A stretch of DNA of 64,000 bases, taken from assembly GCF_009914755.1 (NCBI RefSeq), contig NC_060925.1. One strand, 5' to 3'. This document shows, piece after piece, positions 62,094 through 64,000 of this stretch. This DNA comes from the human T2T-CHM13v2.0 reference genome, Homo sapiens. The position numbers were made by a program, and so were the translations under genes. Position 1 is the first letter of the stretch. Every line of letters starts with the position of its first letter. The notes beneath the pieces were generated by a model. The model had not been told where the DNA came from and searched no databases. It saw only the letters and a program-made list of their open reading frames with translations.

Positions 62094-62276
<183 letters not shown>

Positions 62277-62964
62277 TTATCCCTGCCTTGGGCTAGGCTT
62301 GTCCTTGGTAAGGCAGAGTATATCAGCAGCCTGATTGGGCAGCTTCTTCCTCATAGAGCTGGCAGTGATTTTCATTTCCAGCCCTCGCGCTGGACAGCAC
62401 TTAGAAAATGTCTGCTGACTTGACTCACCTTCACTAGGAGATCACACCTTGGGAAATGTGGAGATGCCCCAGAGTGTGGATAAAGGGTTGGAAGGAGTGA
62501 GGGAGAAGCATCTTGAGAGGATTGGGACTCTCCACCTAATAGATTTCCCCAAACACCAATCCATTTGCCTTTTGCCATCTCATTTTTAAGAAGATTTTCA
62601 AATTTCTTGATATATTTTAGTGGAGTGAGGAGTAGAAGTATGGATTAAGAGTGAGAATAAATGTATTTTAAAAAGATGTGTCTATAGAAAAAAGACTATT
62701 TAAATGAAAAAACAGGAATCCTGGCTCTTTAAAATCTAGAGCTATATCCCTCTGTGAGTGTGAGCTACTGCTTGGATGAAAGTCAATCTGCTGTAGCAGA
62801 AAGTCCACAGGGTTGGATGTCAGGGACATGACTTCTGGTTTAGGATCAGCTCACATGTCATCTCTGGACCTCAGTGTTCTCATCTGCAAAATGTGGGGTA
62901 CCCAAGATAGTCCTTAAGGCCTCTCAGCTTTCACAGTTAGGTTTGTCCCTAAAAACCCAGGTAG

Positions 62965-63278
62965 GGCCGGGCGCGGTGGCTCGCGCTTGTAATCCCAGCA
63001 CTTTGGGAGGCCTAGGCGGGCGGATCACGAGGTCAGGAGATCGAGACCACGGCGAAACCCCGTCTCTACTAAAAATACGAAAAATTAGCCGGGCGTGATG
63101 GCGGGCGCCTGTAGTCCCAGCTACTTGGAAAGGCTGAGGCAGGAGAATGGCATAAACCCATGAGGCGGAGCTTGCAGTGAGCTGAGATCATCCCACTGCA
63201 CTCCAGCCTGGGCGACTGAGCGAGACTCTGTCTCAAAAAACAAAACAAACAAACAAACAAAAAAACAAACAAAAAAAA
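62965..63278 (+). mobile_element. AluY-lineage element with a 12-bp left-arm deletion, in RPE65 intron 2
   Basis: GAGACCACGGCGAAACCCC lacks TCCTGGCTAACA; TSD AAAAACCCAGGTAG. Confidence 0.85.
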
Positions 63279-64000
63279 CCCCAGGTAGGTTTATCCTTTG
63301 AGAAGGGCAGTGATTGACAGTGCTTCCTTGATTCCTACCAGTGAAGTTTTTCAAGCAAATGGATTATTTCCTATAACTAATAATGATACTGATAGTAATA
63401 ATTACTGTCTATTGATCACTTTGTGTTGGATAGTGGGTGAATCATTCTATTTACATTACTCCACTTAATTTTCACAACATCCTCATGACGTAAATTTTGG
63501 GTTTTTGTAGGTAAGGGAATTGAGGCTCAGAACGTTTAAGTAACTTAGAGGATTCACAGACAGTGAAATGATAGAGCTAGGTTAGCATCTACATCTGCCT
63601 CCCAGCAGAACCAACATTCCTCTAATAAAATGGGCATGAAACCCACCACCCTTTAATACTCCCAGGTGCTTGTCACTGGGCCTTCATTTATTCAGACACC
63701 AATGGAACAGACATTTATAGGACATTTACTATGTGCCAGGCACTGAGCTAGGCACTGACAGTTTGAAGATGACAAAGGTGTAATCCTGATCCTTAGGGAA
63801 TTCCAATTAGGTAGCGTTTTTCTGCATTAGAGAAATAAAGTAAAGGCGAATGAAAGAAAATGGGTTCTTGCTATAAAAAGCCCAAACCACCTGATCCCTC
63901 TCCCTGTGACCCACAGGGGGAGTCTGCACTGAGAGACGCCAAGGAATAGGAAGCCAGAGAAGAGAGACTGACATAAAAGAGGATGGCTTCAAGATGGGCG

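Overview
Primate (human-like) genomic DNA. It matches the RPE65 locus: coding exons 3-14 and the 3' UTR lie on the minus strand at about 44.2-62.2 kb, all with GT-AG boundaries and consistent phases. Exons 1-2 lie beyond the window end. The first ~13 kb is an LTR-element cluster: a MER41B solo LTR with tandem GAS motifs, a two-LTR HERV-H provirus with an ESRG-like ORF and a 61-bp tandem array, a HERV-W LTR17 solo LTR, and a full-length THE1 element. Alu, L1, L2, MIR and DNA-transposon relics are scattered throughout. The main hidden signal is a decayed, intron-containing gene on the plus strand (~10.3-42.9 kb), tail-to-tail with RPE65. Six exon relics, in collinear order and with compatible splice phases where they can be compared, translate into a carboxyltransferase beta subunit of the MCCC2 / acyl-CoA carboxylase family. 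They carry stops, frameshifts and dead donors, and a THE1 element is inserted inside one exon. This looks like a unitary pseudogene of an MCCC2-like gene. A second unexplained feature is a 93-bp, ~84% identical direct repeat with a palindromic core that brackets RPE65 exons 4-5. All family assignments come from recalled consensus and protein sequences, not from database searches.
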